The notes under the pieces: generated by a model
What the model saw: the letters and a program-made list of their open reading frames with translations, nothing else
Database searches by the model: none
Told to the model about the DNA's origin: nothing
Assembly (NCBI GenBank): GCA_046299555.1
Contig: JBKBHS010000001.1
Span: forward strand, 928,009 to 992,008
DNA: 64,000 nt
Reading direction: 5' to 3'
Source of the DNA: Bacteroidia bacterium
Lineage (GTDB): Bacteria > Bacteroidota > Bacteroidia > JACCXN01
Program-made: the position numbers and the translations under genes
Shown: one piece after another, positions 44,317 through 56,273 of the stretch
Layout of the letters: every line of letters starts with the position of its first letter
Position numbering within the stretch: the stretch's first letter is position 1

Positions 44317-45699
44317 TTATGATTTGTCTTTTAATTCTTTAATTTTTAAAATTTGGGCTGCAAAGTAAGCGTTTTTTTCGGGATATTTCAAAATTAAATT
44401 TTCATAAGCTTTTAAAGCTTTTGAATATTTACCTTGTTGAACATATATTTTTGCTAAGGTTTCGCTTACAAATTCTTCATCGTCAATAACGCTCATACGC
44501 GCAACATTTACAGGCGAAAAGAACTCGGCTTTTTTAGGGGTTATTTTAGGCTCTTCTCGAATAAATTTTTCAATTATATCAAATGGATTTAATGGTTTAC
44601 TTTCTTCTTTTTTAATTTCAGGTTGAGTTATTGGATTTGAATTTTCTGTTATTGTTTTGGTAGATTCAGTTGTTTTTTCGTCTGTTGTTTCAGGTACAAA
44701 GTTTTCATTTATTAATGAAGCGTTTTTGTTGGCGGCACTTAGCCAACCGGTAAATTTTTTATTGATGATAATAGTATCATCATTTTTAGTTGGAGCATTA
44801 TTATAAACACTGTTTTGAGCTTCATCTGTATTATTTTTAATGGCTTTAATTTCTTCTTCCGTTTCTTTTTCAATAGCTGCAGAAATTGCATGTGCTAAGA
44901 TTTCTTTTTCTAAAGGTAGTAATATATCATTGTCAGAAGTTTTTGTTTTGTTTACTTGATTAGCTTCATTGGCAGATTCTTCTAATGAATTGATAGTAAT
45001 AGTAGAAGAGGCTGGGTTGTTTTCAATTAAAATCTCATGTTTTTTTTCTTCTTCTGATAATGGAATGGCTTGTTTTTCGGATATTTTTAATTCTTCAGAT
45101 TTTTCAATGTCTACAGTGCTTTGATTGCTGGAAAAATTTGTATCATTAATACTTTTTGATTCTGTTAATTCCTCTTGGCTTTTTTGTGATTGCTTTTGTT
45201 TTTCAAGTTCAATTTCTTTTTTACGTTGTTCAATCTCTTTTAGTAATTCATCTACATTTATTTTATTTGTTGAATTTTCTTTCTTTAAATTGTTGATTCT
45301 GTTTAATATTTCATCGGTAGAAGATTTATTTTGATTATTAATAGTTTTATTTGAATGGTCATTAATTGTTGCTAATTCTGGTTCTTGAATATTTTTGGAA
45401 TTACTAATTTGTGCTGATGATGTTGGGCTAGAATCATTGTTAATTTCATGGATAAGTTGTTGCACTTTTTCTTTAAATAACAATTCATACAATCGTTCAC
45501 GATTTATTGCATAGGCAGCCGTTAGTTTTAAAGTAGCATCATAATATATGCTTTTTTCTTTTTGAAGCACCTTGGTATAAAGTAAGCGAGCAGAAGTAAA
45601 ATAAGGAAATTCTTCAATTATCTTTTTTAATGCAGAAATATTTTCGGCATTAATTAAATTCGGATTATCGAGTTGATTTAAAAAGGTTTCTTTATTCAT
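44317..45699 (-). CDS. hypothetical protein, low-complexity E/K/S/N-rich centre with TPR-like C-terminus
   Basis: 460-aa ORF; coiled-coil-like central region; C-terminal ...[32 protein letters not shown]. Confidence 0.5.
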   Translation of the reverse strand: MNKETFLNQLDNPNLINAENISALKKIIEEFPYFTSARLLYTKVLQKEKSIYYDATLKLTAAYAINRERLYELLFKEKVQQLIHEINNDSSPTSSAQISNSKNIQEPELATINDHSNKTINNQNKSSTDEILNRINNLKKENSTNKINVDELLKEIEQRKKEIELEKQKQSQKSQEELTESKSINDTNFSSNQSTVDIEKSEELKISEKQAIPLSEEEKKHEILIENNPASSTITINSLEESANEANQVNKTKTSDNDILLPLEKEILAHAISAAIEKETEEEIKAIKNNTDEAQNSVYNNAPTKNDDTIIINKKFTGWLSAANKNASLINENFVPETTDEKTTESTKTITENSNPITQPEIKKEESKPLNPFDIIEKFIREEPKITPKKAEFFSPVNVARMSVIDDEEFVSETLAKIYVQQGKYSKALKAYENLILKYPEKNAYFAAQILKIKELKDKS

Positions 45700-45705
45700 T
45701 ATCCA

Positions 45706-46230
45706 TTACCAATTTGTAACTGCTCTATTAAAAATGTCTTGCGATAATTGCGAATTTATATCTTTAATTAACTCATTTTCTACTGAAGCTAAATTTTTCG
45801 AAGCATCAAAATCAGCAAATCGGGAGAAACTTTGTTCAAAGTTTTGTTTTTCGTCTTTTGTATTGATAAATTTTACAAGAACAGTTATGGTTAATCGGTT
45901 TAATGAAGCCGTAGAAACTTGATTTCCTTGAATGGCTACCGGAGTAACATTATAACCTGTAATTTTACCTTCAAATTGTAAGTCGCCACCTTTTTCTATT
46001 AAGGTCAAATTGGTTTGTGTAATAAAAATATCTTTTAATGATTCTGTAAAGCTTTGGCTTAGGGTAGGTTGAGCAAGAGGTGCATTATTTTGAAAAGTTT
46101 TAATAGAAACGGTTTTAATATCGGGAGAAATGGAGGCTCCGGTAAATGAATAACTTATTTTACAACTTTCAAAAAATAGTGTTGTAAAAATAAGAATGAC
46201 TGAAATGGATGTTAATTTTATTATTTTCAT
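45706..46230 (-). CDS. LptE-like LPS-assembly lipoprotein (tentative)
   Basis: 174 aa; lipoprotein signal (...LFFESC); conserved synteny sigma54 regulator - LptE - secG - groESL common in Bacteroidota. Confidence 0.5.
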   Translation of the reverse strand: MKIIKLTSISVILIFTTLFFESCKISYSFTGASISPDIKTVSIKTFQNNAPLAQPTLSQSFTESLKDIFITQTNLTLIEKGGDLQFEGKITGYNVTPVAIQGNQVSTASLNRLTITVLVKFINTKDEKQNFEQSFSRFADFDASKNLASVENELIKDINSQLSQDIFNRAVTNW

Positions 46231-47471
46231 TTTAAATCGTACTCTTTTATTTTTCTGTAAAGTGTACGTTCTGAAATTCCAAGTTCTTTGGCTGCGCTTT
46301 TTCGCTTTCCTTTATGTTTTTCTAATGCTTTTTTAATTAATTCTTTTTCGGTTTCTGAAAGCGAAAATGTTTCTTCCGTAATTTCATGTGTTTCTTGATC
46401 CTCGATATCGTGATCTATGGTGTGTAAATTACTTGCTGGCATTGGTACTGTTTGGCCAACGGGCACTACGGATTCAGGAGCAAATTCGCTATACAAACTT
46501 TTAATGATACCTGCATTTGATTCTTTAAATGATGAGCTTACTTCTCCTGTTTGTAGTATTCCTAAAACTAATTTTTTTAAATCAGTTAAATCTTTTCGCA
46601 TGTCGAAAAGTAATTTGTATAAAATTTCTCGCTCATTTAAGTCGCTTTGAGTGTCTTCTTTAATGATACTCGGAAGTTTTTGTTGATTTTCGTAATTAGG
46701 CAAATATTTAATTAGTGTTGCAACATCAATTTCGCGCGAAGGTTCAATTACCGATATTTGTTCTGCTACATTTTTTAATTGTCGAATGTTTCCCGGCCAA
46801 TAGTAATTATTAAGGGCTACAACAGCTTCGTCTGTTAATTTAATACTTGGCATTTTATATTTATCGGCAAAGTTTGAAGCGAATTTTCTAAATAATAAAT
46901 GAATATCTTCTTTGCGTTCTCTTAATGGCGGTAGGGTAATTGGAACGGTGTTTAAACGATAATACAAATCTTCTCTGAATTTGCCTTTTTGAATGGCATT
47001 GGGAATATTAACATTTGTTGCAGCAATTATTCTTACATTGGTTTTTTGAACTTTAGAAGATCCTACTCGAATGTATTCACCGGTTTCTAATACACGTAAT
47101 AGTCTTACTTGTGTTTGAATTGGTAGTTCTGCAACTTCATCTAAAAATATAGTTCCTCCATTTGCTACTTCAAAGTACCCTTTTCTTGCTTCATGTGCAC
47201 CGGTAAACGAGCCTTTTTCATGTCCAAATAATTCTGAATCAATGGTCCCTTCCGGAATTGCACCACAGTTTACTGCAATATAGGGGCCATGCTTACGGGC
47301 GCTTAGTTGATGAATAATTTGCGGCATTATTTCTTTTCCCGTGCCACTTTCACCGGTTATTAAAACCGATAAATCTGTTGGAGCTACTTGCATGGCAATA
47401 TCTATAGCTCTATTTAATAGTGGCGAATCCCCAATTATTTCAAAGCGTTGTTTTATTTGTTGAATTGTCAT
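46227..47471 (-). CDS. sigma-54-dependent Fis-family transcriptional activator (no receiver domain)
   Basis: Walker A GESGTGKE, GSFTGA motif (GAFTGA variant), ESELFGHEKG, C-terminal HTH (RKSAAKELGISERTLYRKIK). Confidence 0.85.
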   Translation of the reverse strand: MTIQQIKQRFEIIGDSPLLNRAIDIAMQVAPTDLSVLITGESGTGKEIMPQIIHQLSARKHGPYIAVNCGAIPEGTIDSELFGHEKGSFTGAHEARKGYFEVANGGTIFLDEVAELPIQTQVRLLRVLETGEYIRVGSSKVQKTNVRIIAATNVNIPNAIQKGKFREDLYYRLNTVPITLPPLRERKEDIHLLFRKFASNFADKYKMPSIKLTDEAVVALNNYYWPGNIRQLKNVAEQISVIEPSREIDVATLIKYLPNYENQQKLPSIIKEDTQSDLNEREILYKLLFDMRKDLTDLKKLVLGILQTGEVSSSFKESNAGIIKSLYSEFAPESVVPVGQTVPMPASNLHTIDHDIEDQETHEITEETFSLSETEKELIKKALEKHKGKRKSAAKELGISERTLYRKIKEYDLK

Positions 47472-47507
47472 TCTGAAATTCTTTATCTAAAAATTTTAAA
47501 AATAAAA

Positions 47508-48914
47508 CTACTTAACTATTTCTCCTATTAAAGTAGCACTTGTGCATTCTTTAACAAATACATTCACGTAATCACCGGGCTTGTAATTTTCTTTTGGGAA
47601 AACCACTACTGCATTTTGTGAATTTCTTCCGTAATAGTGTTCTTTTGATTTTTTAGAATAACCTTCAATTAATACTTTATGTATCTTGCCAACTGCTTTT
47701 TTGTTGCTTTCTAAGGAGTGTTGTACTTGTAAGGCAATTATTTCATTTAATCGTTTAGTTTTAACTTCATCAGGTACATCGTCTGCAAATTTTCTTTGTG
47801 CTAATGTTTTGGGCCTTTCTGAATATTTAAACATGTATGCAAAATCATATTTTACATATTTCATTAAACTGATAGTATCTTGATGTTGTTCTTCTGTTTC
47901 TGAACAAAATCCTGCAATAATATCGGTAGAAATTGCACAATCGGGAATTATTCGTCTTATAGCGTCAATTCTATCAATATACCATTCACGAGTGTAACCA
48001 CGATTCATTTTTTGTAAAATTTCTGTATTCCCAGATTGAACAGGCAAATGAATATATTTACATATGTTTTCATATTTAGCCATTACTTCCAACACTTCAT
48101 CTGTCATATCTTTAGGATGCGAGGTTGAAAATCGAACTCTTAAATCAGGGCTTACCAAAGCAACCATTTCCAATAATTTTGCAAAATTTATTTTTTCACT
48201 CTCGTCTTCATTTTTCCATTTATACGAATCTACATTTTGCCCGAGTAATGTTATTTCTCTATAACCTTTGTCATATAACTCTTTGGCCTCTTTAATAATC
48301 GAATAAGGGTCCCTGCTTCTTTCTCTTCCTCTTGTAAAGGGAACTACACAAAATGAACACATGTTATCGCATCCCCGCATTATTGAAATAAATGCAGTAA
48401 CTCCATTTGAGTCTAAACGAACGGGAGTAATATCTGCATACGTTTCTTCTCTTGATAATAATACATTTACTGCTTTACTTCCACCTTCGGTTTTTTCAAT
48501 TAAATTAGGTAAATCTCTATATGCATCAGGCCCTACCACTATATCTACCAACTTTTCTTCTTCCAATAATTGAGACTTTAGCCGTTCGGCCATGCATCCC
48601 ATAATACCAATAATTACATCGGGATTTTTCTTTTTTAGTAAGTTAAAATCTTTTAGGCGATTTCTAATTCTTTGTTCGGCATTATCTCTTATTGCACAAG
48701 TGTTGAGCAGAATTACATCTGATTCTTCAACATTTTTTGTGGTGGAATAACCTTTTTCAATAAGAATGGAGGCCACTATTTCACTATCAGAAAAATTCAT
48801 TTGGCAACCATAGCTCTCGAGATATAATTTTTTTCCATTATTGGAGCTTTCTATCACTAATGCTTCTCCTTGTCTTGATTCGTCAATAACTTTATTAGGA
48901 TTTTCAAATATCAT
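47508..48914 (-). CDS. miaB: tRNA-i6A37 methylthiotransferase MiaB
   Basis: [10 protein letters not shown]-terminal motif, radical-SAM [16 protein letters not shown]-terminus. Confidence 0.9.
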   Translation of the reverse strand: MIFENPNKVIDESRQGEALVIESSNNGKKLYLESYGCQMNFSDSEIVASILIEKGYSTTKNVEESDVILLNTCAIRDNAEQRIRNRLKDFNLLKKKNPDVIIGIMGCMAERLKSQLLEEEKLVDIVVGPDAYRDLPNLIEKTEGGSKAVNVLLSREETYADITPVRLDSNGVTAFISIMRGCDNMCSFCVVPFTRGRERSRDPYSIIKEAKELYDKGYREITLLGQNVDSYKWKNEDESEKINFAKLLEMVALVSPDLRVRFSTSHPKDMTDEVLEVMAKYENICKYIHLPVQSGNTEILQKMNRGYTREWYIDRIDAIRRIIPDCAISTDIIAGFCSETEEQHQDTISLMKYVKYDFAYMFKYSERPKTLAQRKFADDVPDEVKTKRLNEIIALQVQHSLESNKKAVGKIHKVLIEGYSKKSKEHYYGRNSQNAVVVFPKENYKPGDYVNVFVKECTSATLIGEIVK

Positions 48915-49224
48915 TATCTTAATTAATTTTAATTGTTAAAGACTACAAAAGTAACTAAAAAAACAGCTTCTGACAAATTGACAGTGATTAAATTCGATTA
49001 TTTTTACATTTTCATTAATAAAATTTTATAAAAATAAATCAAAGCTATGTTTTTTGTAAGCGTCAATAAATCAATAAAATATAAATGATTTTAAGGTTTT
49101 GAAAAAATATTTGTCATTCATATAAATATCATAAAGATTTGGAAAAAAATAAAGCTTTTACTTTTCTTTGCACCCGTCACCCATTCAAATATATGATATT
49201 GGGTTTTAATTAAAACATAAAAAT

Positions 49225-51624
49225 ATGGCTAAGAATTTAGTGATTGTAGAATCGCCCGCTAAAGCAAAAACTATTGAAGGATTTTTAGGAAAAGATTTTG
49301 AAGTTAAATCCAGTTATGGTCATGTAAGAGATTTAGATGAAAAGGGGCTTGCAATTGATATAGAAAATAATTTTAAGCCTCATTATCAAATAATGCCCGA
49401 TAAAGTAAAGGTAGTATCAGAGTTAAAAAAACTTGCAGATAAAGCTGAAACAGTTTGGTTAGCAACCGATGAAGACCGTGAAGGAGAAGCAATTTCATGG
49501 CATTTGTTTGAAGCTTTAAAATTAAAAGAAGAAAAAACAAAGCGAATCGTTTTTAGCGAAATTACTAAGCCTGCCATTACCAATGCTATCAAAAACCCTC
49601 GAAAAATAGACTTAAATCTTGTAGATGCACAACAAGCAAGAAGGGTGTTGGATAGGCTGGTAGGATATGAACTTTCGCCTGTTCTATGGAAAAAAGTAAA
49701 ACCTTCTTTATCGGCAGGTAGAGTTCAATCGGTTGCTGTTAGAATTATTGTTGAACGCGAACGAGAAATTATTAATTTTAAAGCCAAAGATTCATTTAAA
49801 ATATCAGCCATTTTTGAAGCGGATAAAAGTTCATTTAAAGCTGAACTCCCCAAACGTTTTGATACAGAAAAAGAAGCTTACGCTTTTTTGGAAAAATGCA
49901 ATGGCGCAACATTTAAAATTGTAGATTTAGAAACTAAACCTTCAAAAAAATCGCCTTCAGCTCCATTTACCACCTCAACTTTACAACAGGAAGCCTCTCG
50001 AAAACTTGGATTTTCGGTTGCTCAAACCATGGTAATAGCCCAACGTTTATACGAGTCAGGAAAAATCACTTATATGAGAACAGACTCAGTAAATTTATCG
50101 GAAACAGCCATGGAAGCCGCCAAAGAAGAGATTTTAAAAACCTTTGGCAAAGAGTTTTATCAAGCCCGTCAATACAAAAATAAAACAAAAGGAGCGCAAG
50201 AAGCACACGAAGCTATACGCCCAACCTATATGAATCAACATACCATTGAGGGAGATAGCGCAGAAAAGCGTTTGTACGAATTAATATGGAAGAGAACCAT
50301 TGCCTCTCAAATGAGCGATGCACAGCTTGAAAGAACAATAGCCACAATAGGTATTTCAACAACTCAAGAAAATTTTATAGCTCAAGGCGAAGTTTTACGA
50401 TTTGAAGGATTTTTAAAAGTTTATATAGAATCTACCGATGACGAAGAAGAAGAACAATCAGGAATTTTACCCCCTATTAAAAAAGGTCAAGTGTTAAACT
50501 TACAAGAAATTTCGGCTGTTCAGCGATTTACACATCATCCTCCAAGATATACAGAAGCAAGCCTTGTAAAAAGATTAGAAGAACTTGGTATAGGTCGCCC
50601 TTCAACATACGCTCCAACAATTTCAACCATTTTAAGAAGAGGCTATGTTGTAAAAGAAGACCGACCCGGAGTTGAACGGAAATATGTAAATCTGGTTTTA
50701 AAGAATGGAAAAATTAATAAAGAAATTAAAACTGAAATAACCGGAGCTGAAAAAGCAAAATTATTTCCAACCGATATAGGAATGGTTGTAAACGATTTTT
50801 TGGTAGAAAATTTCGATACCATCATGAATTATAATTTCACCGCTACGGTTGAAAAAGAATTTGACGATATAGCAGAAGGCCAACTTAAATGGAATAAAAT
50901 GATAGAAAAGTTCTACAAACAGTTTCATGCAACAGTAGAACACGCCTTAGAACACTCTGAAAGAGCAACCGGAGAACGTTTGCTTGGTAATGATCCTAAA
51001 ACAGGAAAACCCGTTTACGCCCGAATAGGTCGCTTTGGTCCAATGATACAAATTGGAAATACCGAAGACGAAGAAAAGCCTTTATTTGCAAGTTTAAGAA
51101 CCGGGCAGCGTTTGGATCAAATAACTCTCGAAGAAGCATTAGAATTATTCAAACTTCCAAGAAGTATTGGCAATTTTGAGGGAGAAGAAATAAAAGTAAA
51201 TATTGGTCGTTTCGGCCCTTATATCATGCATAAAAAATCGTTTTATTCAATCCCTAAAACAGACGACCCAATGACCATTGAGTTAAATAGGGCTATTGAG
51301 ATAATTGAAGCTAAAAGAAAAGCAGAGCGCGAAAAAGTAATTAAAACATTTGAAGAAAACGAAGCAGTTAAAATATTAAATGGAAGGTATGGACCCTATA
51401 TTGCTATTGGTAAAAACAATTATAAAATTCCAAAAGATAAAGAACCAGCTTCATTAACACTACAAGATTGTTTAAAACTGGCAGAAGAGCAAGATGCCAA
51501 TAACCCTTCAAAAACACGCTCTTCTAAAAAAAATACGAAAGAGAAAGAACAAAAATCTACTAAGAAAGATACAAGCACATCAAAGAAAAAAGCAGCATCA
51601 AAAACAACCAAAAAGAAAAAGTAA
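49225..51624 (+). CDS. topA: DNA topoisomerase I, lysine-rich C-terminal tail
   Basis: MAKNLVIVESPAKAKTIEGFLG Toprim start; 799 aa; C-terminal KK-rich tail. Confidence 0.92.
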   Translation: MAKNLVIVESPAKAKTIEGFLGKDFEVKSSYGHVRDLDEKGLAIDIENNFKPHYQIMPDKVKVVSELKKLADKAETVWLATDEDREGEAISWHLFEALKLKEEKTKRIVFSEITKPAITNAIKNPRKIDLNLVDAQQARRVLDRLVGYELSPVLWKKVKPSLSAGRVQSVAVRIIVEREREIINFKAKDSFKISAIFEADKSSFKAELPKRFDTEKEAYAFLEKCNGATFKIVDLETKPSKKSPSAPFTTSTLQQEASRKLGFSVAQTMVIAQRLYESGKITYMRTDSVNLSETAMEAAKEEILKTFGKEFYQARQYKNKTKGAQEAHEAIRPTYMNQHTIEGDSAEKRLYELIWKRTIASQMSDAQLERTIATIGISTTQENFIAQGEVLRFEGFLKVYIESTDDEEEEQSGILPPIKKGQVLNLQEISAVQRFTHHPPRYTEASLVKRLEELGIGRPSTYAPTISTILRRGYVVKEDRPGVERKYVNLVLKNGKINKEIKTEITGAEKAKLFPTDIGMVVNDFLVENFDTIMNYNFTATVEKEFDDIAEGQLKWNKMIEKFYKQFHATVEHALEHSERATGERLLGNDPKTGKPVYARIGRFGPMIQIGNTEDEEKPLFASLRTGQRLDQITLEEALELFKLPRSIGNFEGEEIKVNIGRFGPYIMHKKSFYSIPKTDDPMTIELNRAIEIIEAKRKAEREKVIKTFEENEAVKILNGRYGPYIAIGKNNYKIPKDKEPASLTLQDCLKLAEEQDANNPSKTRSSKKNTKEKEQKSTKKDTSTSKKKAASKTTKKKK

Positions 51625-51647
51625 TCCATTTTTTAAGTTAAAATCCA

Positions 51648-52814
51648 ATGCAAGATATATCCATTTTTCTAAAAAAAGTTGATTTTAAAAATGAAGATTT
51701 CCTTGATGGAATGCTTGGAAAATGGATAAATATTCACAATGTTCAAAATGATTTACCGGATTTTGATAAATGTAAAATTGCGATAATTGGAGTATGTGAA
51801 GATAGAGGAGCCATACTTAACTCAGGAAGCGCTAATGCTCCAAATGAAGTTAGAAGTTTTTTATATAAATTAAGCAATTCTGATTTCCCAAATCAAATAG
51901 CAGATCTTGGAAACATAATTTCCGGAGAAACCATTAACGATACCTATTTTGCAGTAAGCGAAGTAGTAGCCGAATTGCTAAAAAGAAACATTTTGCCTAT
52001 AATTATTGGAGGTAGTAACGATATAGCATATGCAAACTATATAGCATACAAAAAAATAGAACAAACCATAAATATTGCAGCCATCGATTCAAAATTTGAT
52101 ATAGGAGAAGCCGATGGACCAATAAATTCACAAACTTACTTGAGCCAAATAATTTTAAGTCAGCCCAATTATTTATTTAATTATTCCAATATTGCTTATC
52201 AATCTTATTTTGTTAGCAAAATAGAACTCGAACTGATAGAAAAATTGTATTTCGATGCACATAGATTAGGCATCGTTCGTTCAAATATGGCAGACATAGA
52301 GCCGGTAATTAGAAATGCCGATATGATAGCATTTGATATTTCGAGTGTTCGTCAAGCCGATGCAGCCGGTGCTGAGCATGCTTCCCCAAATGGTTTATAT
52401 GGTGAAGAAGCTTGCCAGTTAATGCGATACGCAGGTATGAGTGATAAATTAACATCTATAGGCATTTATGAAATTAACCCTTCATTTGATTTTCGAAATC
52501 AAACATCTCATTTAGCTGCGCAAATGATTTGGTATTTTTTAGATGGCTATTTTTCACGAAAAGGTGATTATCCGATAGCAGACAAATCTGAATACACAAA
52601 ATTTAGAGTAATGCTTAAGAAAAATAAGTACGAGCTAATATTTTATAAAAGTAATAAAAGCGACAGGTGGTGGATGGATGTGCCATACCCACCGGATAAA
52701 ACCTTTAAATTTGAACGACATCAGTTTGTGCCATGTACCTATAATGATTATTTAACCGCATGTAATGACGAAATGCCTGATCGTTGGTGGAACACTTATC
52801 AAAAATTAATGTAA
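51648..52814 (+). CDS. arginase-family protein (formimidoylglutamase-like)
   Basis: 388 aa; arginase-fold motifs (IIIGGSNDIAY, DAH..). Confidence 0.6.
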   Translation: MQDISIFLKKVDFKNEDFLDGMLGKWINIHNVQNDLPDFDKCKIAIIGVCEDRGAILNSGSANAPNEVRSFLYKLSNSDFPNQIADLGNIISGETINDTYFAVSEVVAELLKRNILPIIIGGSNDIAYANYIAYKKIEQTINIAAIDSKFDIGEADGPINSQTYLSQIILSQPNYLFNYSNIAYQSYFVSKIELELIEKLYFDAHRLGIVRSNMADIEPVIRNADMIAFDISSVRQADAAGAEHASPNGLYGEEACQLMRYAGMSDKLTSIGIYEINPSFDFRNQTSHLAAQMIWYFLDGYFSRKGDYPIADKSEYTKFRVMLKKNKYELIFYKSNKSDRWWMDVPYPPDKTFKFERHQFVPCTYNDYLTACNDEMPDRWWNTYQKLM

Positions 52815-52921
52815 GCGTTTTCTTAAACAATAAATTGTTGAAAAATTTTGTTTGAATAAAAAAATTACTATTTTAGCACCCTATAATCTGTTAAAAAAAG
52901 CAAAAAATTAAAATCCATAAT

Positions 52922-53899
52922 ATGAGGAAACTCTTTACACTAGCTTTATTTGCAGCTGTTACAAGCCTACATGTTAGTGCTCAACAGGATGCACAGTTTA
53001 CTCAAAACATGTATAACAAACTTACTGTTAACCCCGGATATGCCGGAAGCAGTAATGCTATTTGTGCAACCTTACTTGGGCGCCAGCAATGGACAGGTTT
53101 TACAGGTGCACCACAAAAATTTTTATTAAATTTTGATGCGCCTGTAAAAATGTTACATGGAGGTGCAGGATTGGTAGTAATGCAAGACCAGTTAGGCTTT
53201 GAAAAAACATTTATCGCACAAGGAATTTATTCCTACAGAATGCCGGTTGGTCCCGGTGAATTAGGAATTGGCGTTGGCTTAGGAATTCTTAATAAATCAA
53301 TCAATGGAAATTGGGTAGCAATTGATGATTATACATTAGATCCAAAAATTCCAAACAACGGAATAAGTACTATGACATTTGATGTTAATCTTGGTGTTTA
53401 CTATAACATTGCTGATCAATTATATTTTGGACTATCAACCACACATTTACCGGCTTCTGACTTAAAGAAATCAGCAGGTTCTGGCTCTCTTCCTAATAAT
53501 ACCGGAAATGCTTATGAGTTAAATTACTCATTAGCCAGACACTATTATATTATGGCTGGTTATAACTACAGATTAGGCGACTCACCATTAGAATTACGCC
53601 CATCTGTATTTGTTAAAACTGAAACTTCTTCCACTCAGTTAGATTTAAACTGCAACTTAATGTATAATAAAATGGTTTGGGGTGGTTTATCCTACCGTTT
53701 AAGCGATGCTGCAGCGATTCTTTTAGGTTTCCAAAAAGATATTGGAAATGGAGTTGCAAGGATTGGCTATTCTTATGACATTACTACTTCTGCTCTTAGA
53801 AAACATAGTAGTGGAAGCCATGAAATTATGGTTGGATATTGCTTTAAGCTTGCGTCACCATCTAAAGTTGAAAGACACGGTAATGTAAGATTTTTATAA
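52922..53899 (+). CDS. porP: T9SS membrane protein PorP/SprF (core paralog upstream of gldK)
   Basis: 325 aa; AQQDAQFTQNMYNKLTVNPGYAGS...LLGRQQWTGF PorP/SprF signature; position directly upstream of gldKLMN. Confidence 0.85.
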   Translation: MRKLFTLALFAAVTSLHVSAQQDAQFTQNMYNKLTVNPGYAGSSNAICATLLGRQQWTGFTGAPQKFLLNFDAPVKMLHGGAGLVVMQDQLGFEKTFIAQGIYSYRMPVGPGELGIGVGLGILNKSINGNWVAIDDYTLDPKIPNNGISTMTFDVNLGVYYNIADQLYFGLSTTHLPASDLKKSAGSGSLPNNTGNAYELNYSLARHYYIMAGYNYRLGDSPLELRPSVFVKTETSSTQLDLNCNLMYNKMVWGGLSYRLSDAAAILLGFQKDIGNGVARIGYSYDITTSALRKHSSGSHEIMVGYCFKLASPSKVERHGNVRFL

Positions 53900-53956
53900 T
53901 TTTGTAACCTTGTTAATTAAAAAATCGTTAAATCGCTTCACAATAAATTTTACAGT

Positions 53957-53985
53957 CATCATGTTTTAATAGCATGATGACTTTG
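53957..53985 (+). other. stem-loop between porP and gldK
   Basis: gtcatcatg-ttttaatag-catgatgac (9-bp stem) followed by ttt. Confidence 0.4.
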
Positions 53986-54024
53986 TAGCCTAAAATAGGC
54001 TGGTAAAAACTAAACTCGAAAATT

Positions 54025-55341
54025 ATGAAAAAGATATTATGGATATTGTTGGCCGTTCCACTAATTTACAGTTGTGGTAACAGTGGCAAGGGGCAGTTGA
54101 TAGGCGCACAAAATCGTCCAACATGGTATGATTTTGATCCATATGGAATGCTTTACATACCCATGGGTAGTTTTCAAATGGGGCCTCGCGATCAAGACAT
54201 GCCATATTCTTTAACCGCTCAAACCAAAACAGTTTCGGTACAAGCATTTTATATTGACGAAACTGAAATTACCAATAACGAGTACCGTCAATTTGTAGAA
54301 TATGTGAGGGATTCAATTGCTAGAAGAATATTAGGTGAAAATGTATCAGAAGAAGACTATTTTATTACTCAAAATGCTTTTGGAGAAGATTTAGATGAGC
54401 CGGAACTTAATTGGGATACTAAAATAAAATGGAATGCCGATGATGTTCGCGAAGCATTAGAAGAAATGTACTATCAACCAAGCGAACGATTAAATAAAAG
54501 AAAGCAATTCGATATTCGTAAATTTAATTATGAGTATTACTGGATTGATTTAAAAGAAGCGGCAAGAAAATCAGGAAAAGATTTAGATTTGGGTAATGGT
54601 ATTATGTGGCATTCCGATAGATCTAAATTCATCAAAAAAGAAGTGATAAATATTTATCCTGATACATTAGCTTGGATTAGTGATTTTACATATTCGTTCA
54701 ACGAGCCAATGACCAATATGTATTTTTGGCATCCGGCTTACGATGAATATCCTGTTGTAGGTATTACATGGAGACAGGCAAGAGCATTTTGCCGTTGGAG
54801 AACTGAATATTTAAATTCTTATATTGAAGGAAATGGAGAACCAATAGTACAAGATTTTAGATTACCATCTGAAACAGAATGGGAGTATGCCGCTTCAGGT
54901 GGGCTTGATCTATCACCATATCCTTGGGGAGGTCCATACATTAGAAATACAAGAGGATGTTTCTTGGGTAATTTTAAGCCTTTACGTGGTAATTACATTG
55001 ATGATGGAGGATTCCATACAGTTAAAGTTACATCGTATTCACCAAACGACTTTGGATTATACTGCATGGCGGGTAATGTAGCAGAATGGACAAGCAACGC
55101 ATTTGATGAATCGGCTTATAGTTTCATGCACGATTTGAATACCGATTACCAATACGAGGCTAAAGATAGCGAACCTGAAGTAATGAAAAGAAAAGTAATT
55201 CGTGGAGGTTCATGGAAAGATGTAGGCTACTATTTGCAAGTAGGTACAAGAACTTACGAGTATCAAGATACTGCAAAATGTTACATTGGTTTTCGTTGTG
55301 TTATGACATATTTAGGTCGTGCTAAAGGTGATGATATTTAA
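54025..55341 (+). CDS. gldK: gliding motility/T9SS lipoprotein GldK (PorK), FGE-sulfatase domain
   Basis: Lipoprotein signal LLAVPLIYSCG; FGE/SUMF1-like domain (RGGSW); 438 aa. Confidence 0.9.
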   Translation: MKKILWILLAVPLIYSCGNSGKGQLIGAQNRPTWYDFDPYGMLYIPMGSFQMGPRDQDMPYSLTAQTKTVSVQAFYIDETEITNNEYRQFVEYVRDSIARRILGENVSEEDYFITQNAFGEDLDEPELNWDTKIKWNADDVREALEEMYYQPSERLNKRKQFDIRKFNYEYYWIDLKEAARKSGKDLDLGNGIMWHSDRSKFIKKEVINIYPDTLAWISDFTYSFNEPMTNMYFWHPAYDEYPVVGITWRQARAFCRWRTEYLNSYIEGNGEPIVQDFRLPSETEWEYAASGGLDLSPYPWGGPYIRNTRGCFLGNFKPLRGNYIDDGGFHTVKVTSYSPNDFGLYCMAGNVAEWTSNAFDESAYSFMHDLNTDYQYEAKDSEPEVMKRKVIRGGSWKDVGYYLQVGTRTYEYQDTAKCYIGFRCVMTYLGRAKGDDI

Positions 55342-55406
55342 AATTTAATGTGTAAACCCTCTAAACTCAAATAAATCAATTTTAAACCAAATTAAACACA
55401 ATTATT

Positions 55407-56216
55407 ATGGGACTAATTTCAGCACTTCAATCAAAAAAAGGTAAAAAATTTATGGCCTACCTATACGGTTGGGGAGCCTCAATCGTAATCGTTGGTGCAA
55501 TGTTTAAAATCCAACACTGGCCAGGAGCATCTGTAATGCTTGTAGCCGGTCTGTCAATCGAAGCAATTATCTTCTTTTTCTCAGCATTTGAGCCCATCCA
55601 CGAAGAGGTTGACTGGAGTTTAGTATATCCTGAATTAAGAGGAGCTCATGGACATGGCGAACATGATGAACACCATGCCGTTAAAGAAAAGAAATCTATT
55701 ACAGAAGAATTAGATAAAATGTTAGAAGAAGCAAAAATTGAACCTGAATTATTACAAAGTTTAGGTCAAGGTTTACGTTCTTTATCAGAGCAAACCAGCA
55801 AATTAAACGATATATCTTCTGCAGCAGTTGCTACCAATGAATATGTAGCATCCGCAAAAAATGCTTCTTCTTCATTGGATAAACTTTCAGAAACTTATAT
55901 TAAAGCTTCTGAATCATTAACAGGTTTATCTATGACCAATGAAGATGGAGCTACTTATGGTGAGCAATTACAAAAAGTTTCTAAAAATTTATCTGCATTA
56001 AATGCCGTTTACGAACTTCAATTACAAGGTTCAAGCGAACATTTAAAAGCTACCAACCAACTATTCTCTAACATAGAGCAGTTAATGGCTAATTTAAGTG
56101 AATCGTTAGAAGATACTAAGCGATATAAAGAAAATATCAGCGAGTTATCTAAAAATCTTTCTGCACTTAACACCATTTACGGCAATATGTTAAATGCAAT
56201 GAATTTCAGAGGTTAA
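55407..56216 (+). CDS. gldL: gliding motility/T9SS protein GldL (PorL)
   Basis: 269 aa; two N-terminal TM helices (YLYGWGASIVIVGAMFKIQHWPGA), coiled-coil C-terminus. Confidence 0.85.
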   Translation: MGLISALQSKKGKKFMAYLYGWGASIVIVGAMFKIQHWPGASVMLVAGLSIEAIIFFFSAFEPIHEEVDWSLVYPELRGAHGHGEHDEHHAVKEKKSITEELDKMLEEAKIEPELLQSLGQGLRSLSEQTSKLNDISSAAVATNEYVASAKNASSSLDKLSETYIKASESLTGLSMTNEDGATYGEQLQKVSKNLSALNAVYELQLQGSSEHLKATNQLFSNIEQLMANLSESLEDTKRYKENISELSKNLSALNTIYGNMLNAMNFRG

Positions 56217-56273
56217 TATCTGAGGCTAATTAAATTAAATTAAATGTTTAACCATTAAAAACTCTGAAATAAA

